A stretch of DNA of 22,474 nucleotides from Limisphaerales bacterium (GCA_044225505.1 JBGAIN010000013.1:62001-84474), one strand, 5' to 3'. Shown: positions 1-9,876, counted from the first letter of the stretch. Numbers and translations are program-made. Notes: generated by a model not told the origin, from the letters alone.

Positions 1-1
1 A

Positions 2-1267
2 GTGGTGAGCGCAGCGGCGGCGTTACTAGGAGTGCTCAGTTCGGTGCGGCGCGCCGCCCGGTTGCCTCCCGCGGAAGCCATGCGCCCGGAGCCGCCCGCG
101 AGTTACCGTCCAGCCCTGCTCGAACGGACGGGCATTTCTCATTTCCTTTCGCATACTTTCCGAATAGCGGTCCGCAACCTGGAACGGAAGCCAGTCCAGG
201 CGCTCTTCACGATCCTGGGGTTGGCTTTGGCGACCGGCATTCTCATCGTGCCGAACTGCTTTCGCGATGGGGTGGCGGAAGTGATGGACTTTCAATGGGA
301 TGTCGTGCAACGCCAAGACGTCACTATCGGACTGGTGGAACCGGCCAGTTTCCAAGTCAGCCACTTGTTCGAGCAGTTACCCGGAGTCATCCTGGCAGAG
401 CCGATCCGCGGCGCGGCGGTGCGCCTTCATTTCGGATCGCGGCACCGTCAGATCGCTATTCAAGGGCTTCTGTCGAACGGCGAACATAACCGTGTGATCG
501 ATGGTCGAAGTCGCCAGATTCCGCTCCCGCCCGAGGGTCTGGTCGTCTCGGCCAAATTGGCAGAAGTGCTGGGCGCTCGTATTGGGGACGAGTTGCTGGT
601 GGAAATGCTCGAGGGTCGGCGAACGGTGCAGCCCGTCCGTTTAACGGGCCTCTCGGAGGATTTTGCCGGCATCGCGGCCTACATGGATTTGCACGCAGTC
701 AACCGGCTTTTGCAGGAAGGGGACGTGATCAGCGGGGCCAGTTTCAAGGTGGATAAAGCTCAATGGAGCGTCTTCTTGCGCGCGCTCAAAGGTATTCCGC
801 GAGTCAGTTGGGTGGCCGTCAAGGAATCGTTACGAACGAACTTCCGCCAGACGACCGCCGCTAGTATTAACCTCCTGCAAACGATCTATCTCTCCTTTGC
901 CACCGTGGTCGCTTTCGGTGTGGTTTATAATAATGCGCGAATCTCGCTGGCGGAACGTGCGCGGGAACTCGCGACGCTCCGCGTCATTGGCTTTTCCCGC
1001 CGGGAAGTGGGAACGGTGCTGGTGACAGAGTTAGTCTTGTTAGCGCTCATCGCTGTTCCGTTGGGACTGGTCTTGGGGACCGGTTTTGCCACAGGCATTC
1101 TTAAAGCGGTGAACACGGAGACCGTGCGATTGCCGCTGGTATTGACCCTGAGAAATTATACATTCGCCGTGCTGACCGTCACGGTGGCGTCGACGTTGTC
1201 CGCATTGTTTGTGTTGCGCCGATTGAATCAACTGAATCTGGTTAGTGCTCTGAAAGCGCCGGAATAA
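2..1267 (+). CDS. ABC transporter permease, MacB/FtsX family (5'-truncated by window edge)
   Basis: Open frame from the window start. PPAEAMRPE ends a first FtsX module, AVRNLERKPVQALFTILGLALA starts the second periplasmic module, and the ERARELATLRVIGFS signature is followed by hydrophobic helices. Confidence 0.9.
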   Translation: MVSAAAALLGVLSSVRRAARLPPAEAMRPEPPASYRPALLERTGISHFLSHTFRIAVRNLERKPVQALFTILGLALATGILIVPNCFRDGVAEVMDFQWDVVQRQDVTIGLVEPASFQVSHLFEQLPGVILAEPIRGAAVRLHFGSRHRQIAIQGLLSNGEHNRVIDGRSRQIPLPPEGLVVSAKLAEVLGARIGDELLVEMLEGRRTVQPVRLTGLSEDFAGIAAYMDLHAVNRLLQEGDVISGASFKVDKAQWSVFLRALKGIPRVSWVAVKESLRTNFRQTTAASINLLQTIYLSFATVVAFGVVYNNARISLAERARELATLRVIGFSRREVGTVLVTELVLLALIAVPLGLVLGTGFATGILKAVNTETVRLPLVLTLRNYTFAVLTVTVASTLSALFVLRRLNQLNLVSALKAPE

Positions 1268-1282
1268 CGCATTCCTTGTTTC

Positions 1283-2545
1283 ATGAACTCCGTTTCCTCT
1301 GATGCTCAAGCCGCGCACGCTGCCGCGCGCGTCGTGGAGCGAAACCGCCGCCGCCGATGGTTGCCCTGGTTGGGCGCCGGGTTGCTCGTGGCATTGATCG
1401 TGGTGGGTCTCTGGCCGCAACCAACGCCGGTGGAAACGGCGGCGGTTCGGACCGGTCCGCTGCGCATGAGCATCAACGAAGAAGGCAAGACGCGGATTCG
1501 GCAGCGTTTTGCCGTGGCCGCGCCCGTCACGGGTCAGTTGCGCCGCGTTGAGCTCAAGCCGGGCGCCGAAGTTCAGGCTGGTAGCACGGTCGTCGCGATC
1601 ATCGATCCATTGCCTCCCGTGTTGCTCGATGCGCGCAGCCGCGCTTTGGCCGAAGCCCGGCGCGACAGCGCGGTCGCCAATCTCGAGAAAGCGCGCGCGG
1701 CCCACACCTTTGCTCTGCAGGAACTGCGACGGTTTGAGAAGCTATTTAACGCCCAAGCGGTCTCCGTGCAGGAACTGGAGCCTCTCCAATGGCGCGAGAC
1801 CGCCAGCGCTCGCGATTTGGCGGTGGCGGAAAGTGCGGTGCGCCAAGCCGAGGCGGAACTGGCGGAGTTTGCCGCCGGAGCCAATGCTACCGGGACGGTT
1901 TGCAAAACCCCGACGGAAATCAAAGCGCCGTCAAGTGGTCGAGTCTTGCGTGTTTTCGAAGAGAGCTCGCGCGTGGTCGCGGCGGGCACGCCACTGTTGG
2001 AGGTAGGGGATCCCGCGGATCTGGAAGCGGTGGTGGAGGTGTTGTCCAGAGATGGCGCGGCGATTTCACCGGGCACTCAGGTGGAACTTGAGCAGTGGGG
2101 TGGCGGTCCGCCGTTGCAGGCCCGCGTTCGCCTGGTGGAGCCGGCAGCGTTTACGAAAGTCTCGGCGTTGGGCGTCGAAGAGCAGCGGGTTCGTGTCATT
2201 GCGGATATTCTCACACCGCCCGATCAACGCCGGACCTTGGGCGACAACTTCCGGGTGGAAGCGCGAATTGTCGTTTGGGAAACGGACAAAGCACTTCAAG
2301 TCTCGGCAGGGGCACTCTTCCGCCGGGGCGAGCAGTGGGCGGCGTTTGTGTTGGAGGGAGGCCGGGCGCAACTTCGCCCGGTGCGAACGGGCCGATCGAG
2401 TGGCCGCGAAACGCAAGTCCTCGAGGGCTTGAAAGAAGGGGAACTGGCCATACTTTATCCCGGAGATAAGGTGCGCGAGGGGTTGCGAGTGAAGCCGATC
2501 GAGCTTGCCGATCCCAGGGCGGCGTCACGCGGGGATGCTCGTTAA
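1283..2545 (+). CDS. Efflux periplasmic adaptor (membrane fusion protein, HlyD/MacA-like)
   Basis: N-terminal basic residues plus TM (RRRRWLPWLGAGLLVALIVVGLWP), lipoyl-like halves VAAPVTG and IKAPSSGRV flanking a coiled coil, and C-terminal QVLEGLKEGE. Starts 15 bp after the permease. Confidence 0.9.
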   Translation: MNSVSSDAQAAHAAARVVERNRRRRWLPWLGAGLLVALIVVGLWPQPTPVETAAVRTGPLRMSINEEGKTRIRQRFAVAAPVTGQLRRVELKPGAEVQAGSTVVAIIDPLPPVLLDARSRALAEARRDSAVANLEKARAAHTFALQELRRFEKLFNAQAVSVQELEPLQWRETASARDLAVAESAVRQAEAELAEFAAGANATGTVCKTPTEIKAPSSGRVLRVFEESSRVVAAGTPLLEVGDPADLEAVVEVLSRDGAAISPGTQVELEQWGGGPPLQARVRLVEPAAFTKVSALGVEEQRVRVIADILTPPDQRRTLGDNFRVEARIVVWETDKALQVSAGALFRRGEQWAAFVLEGGRAQLRPVRTGRSSGRETQVLEGLKEGELAILYPGDKVREGLRVKPIELADPRAASRGDAR

Positions 2546-2578
2546 CTCGAAGAACGTCCAGGAAACAAAGGAAGATAA

Positions 2579-3940
2579 ATGTTTGAGACGATAAAAGTCG
2601 CAATGTTGAGCAGCGTGCTCATTGCGGGAACGGGGAGCGCCGTCCAAGGGGCTGCGCCGCCGCGGTTCTTTCCCTATTCCTACACGACCGATGATTTGAC
2701 CAACGGATTGCGGTTGGTGACCGTGCCCACGGACAACCCAAATCTGGTCGCCCTCTATATTGTAGTGCAGACGGGTTCCCGGAATGAGGTCGAACCGGGC
2801 AAGAGTGGCTATGCTCATTTCTTTGAACACATGATGTTTCGAGGGAGCGAAGGCTTTTCTCCGGAACAGCGCGACGCTATCTTAAAACGAGCGGGTGCCT
2901 CGGTGAATGCCTATACGTCGGACGATCGGACGGTTTACCATACCCTTTTCTCCAAAGAAGATTTGGAGAAGGTGGTGGAACTGGAAGCGGATCGATTCCA
3001 ACGGCTCAACTATTCTCCGGACGTTTACAAGACGGAGTCGCGCGCGGTGCTGGGAGAGTACAATAAGAACAGCGCGAGCCCGCTGGAAAAGCTGCAGGAG
3101 GTCTTGCGGGACACGGCCTTCGATCGCCACACCTACAAGCATACAACGATGGGATTCCTAAAGGACATCGAAGATATGCCCAATCAGTACCAGTATAGCC
3201 TAAGCTTTTATCAACGGTACTACCGCCCTGAGAACACCACCCTGATTGCCGTTGGCGATGTTCAGCGCGACTCAATGTTGCGGCTAACCCAGAAATACTT
3301 CGGTGCTTGGAAAAAGGGTTCTCCAACTCCCACCGTTCCTGCCGAGCCTCCACAAACGGCCGCTCGGACAGCACATATCGACTGGCCTTCTCCAACCTTG
3401 CCTTACTTGGTCGTCGCTTTTCATGGGCCTGCTTACTCGGATGAAACCAAGGAAAAGGCAGCCCTGGATCTGCTCGTGCCGGTGGCTTTCGGCGAGAACT
3501 CGGACCTCTATCAGCGGCTGGTGTTGAAGGAACAAAAAGTGGATCTCCTCGCCCCATCCTTTGACGACTTGATCGATCCGGAACTGTTCAGCGTCTACGC
3601 GCGCGTCAAAGACTCGAAGAATGTCGACGCCGTGCGCGATGCCATCCTCGCGACTTTTCAAAGGTTTACCGCGGAGAAAGTTTCTCAGGAACGGCTCGAT
3701 CAAACGCGGTCCCGATTGCGTTACGGAACGGCGTTAAGTTGGGACAGCTCTGAAGCCATCACGAGCTTCCTCGCCCCGTATGTCGCCTTGCGCCGCACGC
3801 CGGACACGGTGGATAAGCTGTTTGCGCTCTATCAAATGATTACACCGGAAGATATCCGAATGGCCGCGGCCAAGACCTTTGTGGAGGCAAATCGTACCAT
3901 CGTGACGTTGAACTTCCCGGTCGACGCGAAAGGAAAGTGA
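2579..3940 (+). CDS. M16 family zinc metallopeptidase, catalytic subunit, with signal peptide
   Basis: Inverted zinc motif HFFEH in GYAHFFEHMMFRGS, NAYTSDDRTVY, downstream Glu in ESRAVLGE, and YYRPENTTLIAVGD. Purine-rich RBS (aaaggaag) upstream. Confidence 0.93.
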   Translation: MFETIKVAMLSSVLIAGTGSAVQGAAPPRFFPYSYTTDDLTNGLRLVTVPTDNPNLVALYIVVQTGSRNEVEPGKSGYAHFFEHMMFRGSEGFSPEQRDAILKRAGASVNAYTSDDRTVYHTLFSKEDLEKVVELEADRFQRLNYSPDVYKTESRAVLGEYNKNSASPLEKLQEVLRDTAFDRHTYKHTTMGFLKDIEDMPNQYQYSLSFYQRYYRPENTTLIAVGDVQRDSMLRLTQKYFGAWKKGSPTPTVPAEPPQTAARTAHIDWPSPTLPYLVVAFHGPAYSDETKEKAALDLLVPVAFGENSDLYQRLVLKEQKVDLLAPSFDDLIDPELFSVYARVKDSKNVDAVRDAILATFQRFTAEKVSQERLDQTRSRLRYGTALSWDSSEAITSFLAPYVALRRTPDTVDKLFALYQMITPEDIRMAAAKTFVEANRTIVTLNFPVDAKGK

Positions 3941-3942
3941 TT

Positions 3943-5442
3943 ATGCGACGTTGGACGATTCTCCTCCTTTTTGTAAGTTCCTTCACTTATCGGATGAACG
4001 CGGCGCCCGCGGCAGCGCCACCGGTCGAGCTGTTGCTGCAGCCAAACCGGTCTCCGCTCATCACGGTGCGCCTCTGTTTCTCCCTCGGTGCCGCGCACGA
4101 TCCGAAGGGGAAAGAAGGACTGGCCGCCTTGACGGCATCCATGCTCGCGAAAGGCGGTTCAAAGTCTCTGCCGTACGAGGAGATTTTGGAAGCCATGTAT
4201 CCCATGGCCACGAGTTTCGACGCACAAATCGATAAGGAGATGACGGTGTTTGGAGGCACGACGCACGTCGATAACTTGGACCGTTATTACCCTCTCATTC
4301 GCGATATGCTCCTGGCGCCGGGCTTTCGCGAAGAGGATTTTAGTCGGTTGCGAACCGAGGCGGTGAACTATCTTAAGGTTTCTCTGCGCGAAGGGAATGA
4401 CGAGGAGTTGGGCAAGGAAGAGCTCTACAATGTGATCTATCGAGGTCATCCCTACGGTCATCACACGGTCGGCCATATCGCCGCCCTCGAAAAGCTGACA
4501 CTTGACGATGTGCGAAACTTTTACCAGGCGAACTATCACCGCGAGAACGTCATGGTCGCTCTGGCGGGGAATTACCCAGGCCAATTCGCTGACCAGGTTG
4601 CCCGCGACTTTGCTCAGCTGCCTGCTGGCAAGACCGAGCCCGTGCGATTGCCCGAAGTTAAGCTCGATTCGGGAATGCGCATTGAGATCATTCAGCGAGA
4701 AACTCGGTCCACGGCCATCTCGTTAGGATTCCCGATATCGGTATTGCGTGGGGATCCGGATTGGCCGGCGCTGATGCTCGTGAATTCTTTTCTCGGGCAG
4801 CACCGCTCTAGTAACAGCCATCTTTATCAACGGCTGCGAGAGGCCCGCGGCCTCAATTACGGCGACTATTCCTACATCGAGTATTTTCCGCGCGGTATGT
4901 ATCAGTTCCAGCCTGATCCAAATCTTGCGCGTCGGCAGCAGATCTTTCAAATCTGGATCCGTCCTGTGGAACCGCAAAACGGCCTGTTCGCCTTGCGTGC
5001 TGCGTTGTTTGAATTCGACAAACTGTTGAAGGACGGGATCTCGCAAGCGGACTTCGAAGAGACGCGCGAATTCCTGTCAAAGTATGTGAATGTGCTGCTT
5101 CAGACTCAAGACGCGCGTTTAGGATACGCGTTAGACAGTCGCTTTTATAAAATCGGCCGCTTCGACGACTATTTGCGCGATGCTCTGGCCAAGTTGACTT
5201 TGGGGCAGGTCAATGGGGCCTTGCGTAAGCATTTGCGGTCTGACGCCATGCGAGTGGTCATGGTGACCAAGGATGCCAAGGCGCTCCGCGCTGCCTTGAT
5301 CGCGAATCAACCCTCTCCCATCGTTTACAATTCTCCGAAGCCCAAGGAGATCATGGACGAGGATAAACAAATCGAGCGCTTTCCGATCACAGTGAAACCC
5401 GAGGCGGTCACGATTCAACCGGTCACGGAAGTCTTTGAATAG
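3943..5442 (+). CDS. M16 family peptidase, non-catalytic partner subunit, with signal peptide
   Basis: M16 fold motifs (DPKGKEGLAALTASML, YRGHPYGH, LREARGLNYG) but no HXXEH. ATG at 3943; alternative GTG at 3937 overlaps the upstream stop. Confidence 0.9.
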   Translation: MRRWTILLLFVSSFTYRMNAAPAAAPPVELLLQPNRSPLITVRLCFSLGAAHDPKGKEGLAALTASMLAKGGSKSLPYEEILEAMYPMATSFDAQIDKEMTVFGGTTHVDNLDRYYPLIRDMLLAPGFREEDFSRLRTEAVNYLKVSLREGNDEELGKEELYNVIYRGHPYGHHTVGHIAALEKLTLDDVRNFYQANYHRENVMVALAGNYPGQFADQVARDFAQLPAGKTEPVRLPEVKLDSGMRIEIIQRETRSTAISLGFPISVLRGDPDWPALMLVNSFLGQHRSSNSHLYQRLREARGLNYGDYSYIEYFPRGMYQFQPDPNLARRQQIFQIWIRPVEPQNGLFALRAALFEFDKLLKDGISQADFEETREFLSKYVNVLLQTQDARLGYALDSRFYKIGRFDDYLRDALAKLTLGQVNGALRKHLRSDAMRVVMVTKDAKALRAALIANQPSPIVYNSPKPKEIMDEDKQIERFPITVKPEAVTIQPVTEVFE

Positions 5443-5708
5443 CTGAAGGGCGTGATGTAGGTGGATAAGGTTAGCCGCCAGATCTTTCACGGGGCGCGGC
5501 TATGGCGAGTCCGACGAGTCTAGCCGCTGGCAGCTACCCTTCCTTGGAAACATCTCGTGTTGTTCGAAGCGCTCCCGAAAACGCCGAACTGCTGCGGCGG
5601 GCCTGACAGGACAGCGGCGGGCCCGAATCATATCCAGTTTCCATGGCACCCCATAGTCGACAGGTGTTGCTCCGCCCCATGGCGTCGGAGGGGAGGGGAC
5701 GACAACGT

Positions 5709-7814
5709 TTAACGTTTCACCTTGGCTGGGCCACTCCAATTAGCCCCGGCACGCGTTCGGGCCCAGAGCTGAGTGCCAGGTTTCATCACCACTGGCTCTG
5801 TGTACTGCTGCGCATTGGTCGAAACCTCGCCTCCTGGAGCGCGTGGATCCGAACCGTCCAGTGTAAAAAAGATTTCGCCCGCAGGCGCCTTGAGCTGCGG
5901 CGCCGCGTCCTTCGAAATGGTAGGGGAGGGCAGAAACTGGCTGTCGATCCAAGCGATCCGTTCTTGAATCCAGTTCTTCATCCAATTGATTTCCTCTTCG
6001 TACGACTCGCCAACGAAATAGTTCGGGTTCACCGATTGCCCGAGGATTGGCCAGCGTTGGAAGTTGCGGGCTTGCGCTTCCGACAGGAGCCCCGCGAGTT
6101 CGTCGATCCGGCTGAGGATCGCGTCGGGCGAAAAGGCCTTCTTGCGAAGCTCGGACCAACGATCGATCGTCCGTTGCATGAAGTCCCGGTCCTGGCTTAA
6201 ACGTCGAAACCAGGAGATCTCATTCTCGCGCAGGAGGCGGAAGTACCAACCCTCAGTCATCCAGCCTTCGTGGTAGTTCGCGTTTCCGAAGCTGAGGTTC
6301 CAGTCCCAAATGGGTTCGAGCCGGACTTTTCCTCCCCGATCCTTGGACAGGTAACAGCTATAGCGAAAGCCATCGACGTTCTTCGACAATTCCACGATCC
6401 AGAATTGGTCGATGAAACTATCGACATCCAGATACTTGGCGAACCCTTCGGTGGGACTGCGGAAGTTTGGACCGTAAATGGCGCGTTCGAGCTGGCTCAT
6501 GTAGCGCGTCAGGTAAGCCTTTTGCGGTTCCGTAATCTCTGTTTCCTTGGGGTCGACGTAGAAGAAGTTCACTCCGCGCGTCGTGACAAAGCCGGATTCT
6601 TCATTGGGCATGACGTTATTCACAAATCCGAACCGGCCGTCCATCGGGCCCGTCATGTGATCGCGTTTGAAGATGTATCCCCCGGTAATATTCGGCTCCG
6701 CCTTATCTTCCGGTGTGAGCTTTTGAATGTTGACCCGGTCTTTGGATCTTTTGATTTTTTCCTCAAACACGTAGACGCCGAGATAATCCCGTTTTCCCAG
6801 CTTGGTGCCACTGCGGCTCAGAAAGACTTCCACATAACGCGTCCGGGCCGCATACCTGCCAATCTTATTGCTCAGCTCGTAAGCGAGTACATCCCGCATC
6901 AAAGTCTTGTCGGAATAAGGCGCGTAGAGCACCCAATCCGAGTCTTTGGGCAAGCCCAGGATCTCGACAGGAAGAGCCTCGCCCTCATCATCTCGGGTTT
7001 TGACAGTATAGGAGTGTTTCGGGAACCGTAGTGAACTGTAACCTCGTAATTTGATCTCGCAGCGCCCATCAAAACCTCCCGTCGCGGTCAATGAACTGCG
7101 CTGCTTACCCGGATCAATCACTTGGAGGGAGGCCGGGACAGATTCTTCTTTACCGACCGACTGGCCAAACGTGTTTACGATGACGAGTGGCAAGTTGGAG
7201 TTAAATCCGGTCAGCGTGCGATCGATCATGGTGTAGGTCTGGGAGACGGTCGGGCTCGGGGCCAATCCGGGTTCGAACGCTTTTGCTTTTACCAATGTGG
7301 TGCCCGCAATGCTGAGGGGGCCGGCATAGGCCAACGACGTTTCCGACGGCTCACTGCCGTCCAGCGTGTACCGGATTTTGGCTCCCGGCGCCTTGGCTCG
7401 CAGTTCGACCGTGGCATCGTCTGTAAAGACCCCTCCCGCTTGCGCAAATAGCGGGGCAGCTGCCCTTGGCCCAGTCACTTTAGCCGGTTTCGCTGGTTTC
7501 GGTGCATTCGACACCACAGGCCGCGGACGGTTTGGGCTAAACCCAGGTGGTTGATCAGGGATGACGCGCCGGTTTGGAGATGGTTGGGCCCAACGTGGCG
7601 GTCCCTGTGGAGCGACCGGCGGTGGACTTGGCGGTGGTGGGGTCGGCTTGAACGCGGTGTAACCAACCCAGGCCAGGACCAGCACTCCTATGGTCTTGAG
7701 CAACCACCGTTTCCGCGGCGGTTTGGGAGGGCGGGCAAGTGGAGTTAAGAGTGGCGGTGTGCCGCTCCCTGGAGCGGGCGAACCAGGGTTGAAAGGGTTA
7801 GGCTCGGAGCTCAC
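5709..7814 (-). CDS. CotH-family kinase with N-terminal TM anchor, Pro-rich linker and two Fn3-associated/CHB_HEX_C-like repeats
   Basis: Motifs IKLRGYSS, DWVLYAPYSDKTLMRD, YLGVYVFEEKI, YLDVDSFID, NVDG and PIWDWNLSFGN. Repeats IRYTLDGSEP and IFFTLDGSDP. GTG start with a perfect GGAGGTGA Shine-Dalgarno. Confidence 0.88.
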   Translation of the reverse strand: MSSEPNPFNPGSPAPGSGTPPLLTPLARPPKPPRKRWLLKTIGVLVLAWVGYTAFKPTPPPPSPPPVAPQGPPRWAQPSPNRRVIPDQPPGFSPNRPRPVVSNAPKPAKPAKVTGPRAAAPLFAQAGGVFTDDATVELRAKAPGAKIRYTLDGSEPSETSLAYAGPLSIAGTTLVKAKAFEPGLAPSPTVSQTYTMIDRTLTGFNSNLPLVIVNTFGQSVGKEESVPASLQVIDPGKQRSSLTATGGFDGRCEIKLRGYSSLRFPKHSYTVKTRDDEGEALPVEILGLPKDSDWVLYAPYSDKTLMRDVLAYELSNKIGRYAARTRYVEVFLSRSGTKLGKRDYLGVYVFEEKIKRSKDRVNIQKLTPEDKAEPNITGGYIFKRDHMTGPMDGRFGFVNNVMPNEESGFVTTRGVNFFYVDPKETEITEPQKAYLTRYMSQLERAIYGPNFRSPTEGFAKYLDVDSFIDQFWIVELSKNVDGFRYSCYLSKDRGGKVRLEPIWDWNLSFGNANYHEGWMTEGWYFRLLRENEISWFRRLSQDRDFMQRTIDRWSELRKKAFSPDAILSRIDELAGLLSEAQARNFQRWPILGQSVNPNYFVGESYEEEINWMKNWIQERIAWIDSQFLPSPTISKDAAPQLKAPAGEIFFTLDGSDPRAPGGEVSTNAQQYTEPVVMKPGTQLWARTRAGANWSGPAKVKR

Positions 7815-7820
7815 CGGATC

Positions 7821-7828
7821 TCACCTCC
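7821..7828 (-). promoter_or_regulatory. Shine-Dalgarno for the CotH-family gene
   Basis: Plus-strand tcacctcc reads GGAGGTGA on the minus strand, 6 nt upstream of GTG 7814. Confidence 0.8.
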
Positions 7829-7831
7829 GCA

Positions 7832-8662
7832 TCAGTGGGTCATCGCGTAATAGACAATGTTAATGCCGAGAGGATAAGCGCTTCGCTCGGAAAACTGATG
7901 AAAGTAGCCTTCATTGTCACCTTCGCGTTCCCATCCATCTCCCGTATCGGTATTGTGGCAAATGATCACCATTAACCGGCGCTTGTCATCGTAAATCCCG
8001 CGATAGTGGACCTCTTTGGCATCTTCGCGTTCCCACGTCTCGCCACGCTCGGCAAATTTCCACCAATGCGGTTCGCCAGGAATCTGCGGCCGCTCCTTGA
8101 GATCGAACACTGCGTGGAAGATCGGGTGTTCCAGAGGGAGTTCCTCCGCTTCGCGATCTGGGAAAACCCGGCGCATTTCCTGCTGAAAATTGAACCACTC
8201 GCGCTCGCCCCAAAAGTCATCCACCATCAGAAACCCCCCGTTTAACAAATAATTACGCAAGATGGGCACTTCTTCTTCAGTAAACGAGAGTCGGCCAGGT
8301 TCGACGATGTAGATGAACGGATAGTCAAAGAGCTCTTTGTCTGTCAGTTCGAGCACTTTGCCGTCCGGATTGACCTTCATCGAGGTGAGCTGCTGCAGCC
8401 GGTAGGAAATGTTCAGATCGGCTTCCGGGAAGTCGATCATCCAGCGTTCGCGGGTGTGCCCCCATCCATACTTTCCGTCTACATGATATTTCACGCGGAC
8501 AAAGGTAAAGACGTCTTTTTTGAAGGGCTCTGGCACCGACCATTTTGGTTCGCCTAAACTTCCTCCCTCTGCTTCTCGGGCCGTTCGAAACTGGGCCAAT
8601 GCGATGGCGGCCAATCCGGTGAACACGGCGAGCATCGCGAGCCCTTTGAGAATTCGATTCAT
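7832..8662 (-). CDS. DUF4159 domain-containing secreted protein
   Basis: Signal peptide ending ALA-Q. Motifs FTFVRVKY, W..DFPEADLN, LFDYPFIY, LRNYLLNGGFLMVDDFWG, HPIFH, HNTDTGDGWE and GINIVYYAMTH. Confidence 0.85.
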   Translation of the reverse strand: MNRILKGLAMLAVFTGLAAIALAQFRTAREAEGGSLGEPKWSVPEPFKKDVFTFVRVKYHVDGKYGWGHTRERWMIDFPEADLNISYRLQQLTSMKVNPDGKVLELTDKELFDYPFIYIVEPGRLSFTEEEVPILRNYLLNGGFLMVDDFWGEREWFNFQQEMRRVFPDREAEELPLEHPIFHAVFDLKERPQIPGEPHWWKFAERGETWEREDAKEVHYRGIYDDKRRLMVIICHNTDTGDGWEREGDNEGYFHQFSERSAYPLGINIVYYAMTH

Positions 8663-8866
8663 CGGTTATCTAGCTGGTCCAGTGCGCAACCCTACTCTCT
8701 CACCTGTAGGGAAAGCAAGCGGTGCAGCGATGGAAATGCAAGTCCCTTTTGGCGTGGTCTCTGCGAACAGTCGCTCCCACCGGTTCGACCGCCATGCCGC
8801 GGCCCAGACGAGCCGCCGTTCCCGACTCTCTTTCCGGCATCGACTCCGCCGCACTCTTGCGCTTCA

Positions 8867-9796
8867 ATGGGCCTCATGCAACGTCCTAGATTCTTCCTCG
8901 CTGCACTGGCGTGTCTCCTCTGGTCCACCTCTCCTCATCACGGTTTAGCTGCCCCAGCCCAAGTCCTTGAACTGTGGCCCAAGGGCGCGCCCGGTGAGAA
9001 AGGGACGATCGGTGAAGAGGTTGATACCACCAAACCGACCGACGGCTTGATAGCTGGCAAACGGCTCATTCGCCTGGGCAATGTCTCTAAACCGACCCTT
9101 GCCCTCTATAAACCGGCTCCGGACAAGGATACCGGCGCGGCCGTGCTTGTGTGCCCGGGGGGCGGGTATCACATTCTCGCGATGGATCTGGAAGGGACGG
9201 AAGTCTGTGAATGGCTCAACTCCATTGGCGTTACAGGCGTCCTGTTAAAGTATCGGGTTCCAAAACGACCGGATATGGAAAAGCACGCGGCGCCTTTGCA
9301 AGATGCACAACGCGCTCTGGGACTGATCCGTCAGAAAGCGCCGGAGCTTGGAATAAACCCACAAAAGATCGGGGTCCTCGGTTTTTCCGCCGGAGGCCAT
9401 TTGGCCGCCGCGCTGAGCACGAACTACGAAAAGCGGAATTACGACACACTGGATGCGGCTGACTCGGTCAGTTGCCGGCCGGATTTCACAGTTTTAATCT
9501 ATCCCGCCTACCTGACGGTCAAAGAACAGAATGACAAAGTCTCCCCAGAGCTAACCATCACGACAAACACCCCTCCTGCATTCCTCGCGATGGCGGCGGA
9601 CGATCCGGTCCGAATCGAGAACGTTTTGTTTTACAGCCTTGCGCTTAAGAATCAAAAAGTCCCTGCCGAGCTCCATGTCTACCCCACGGGCGGACACGGT
9701 TATGGGTTACGCCCCACAGAGGAACTTGTGACCACCTGGCCTAAACGGGTCGAAGATTGGATGCGCAGCCAGGGCTTGGTGAGCAAGGCCAAGTAA
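8867..9796 (+). CDS. Secreted alpha/beta hydrolase (carbohydrate/acetyl esterase-like)
   Basis: Oxyanion motif CPGGGY, nucleophile elbow GFSAGG, acid in DDPV and His in GGHGYG. Signal peptide present; alternative start ATG 8876. Confidence 0.9.
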   Translation: MGLMQRPRFFLAALACLLWSTSPHHGLAAPAQVLELWPKGAPGEKGTIGEEVDTTKPTDGLIAGKRLIRLGNVSKPTLALYKPAPDKDTGAAVLVCPGGGYHILAMDLEGTEVCEWLNSIGVTGVLLKYRVPKRPDMEKHAAPLQDAQRALGLIRQKAPELGINPQKIGVLGFSAGGHLAAALSTNYEKRNYDTLDAADSVSCRPDFTVLIYPAYLTVKEQNDKVSPELTITTNTPPAFLAMAADDPVRIENVLFYSLALKNQKVPAELHVYPTGGHGYGLRPTEELVTTWPKRVEDWMRSQGLVSKAK

Positions 9797-9876
9797 GGGG
9801 GAGACGGCTCAAAGCCTGACGCAGCTCGGAGCGCGGTGCTGTGACGTAGCATGATTCGAGAGTTCGTGTTTGGCCC

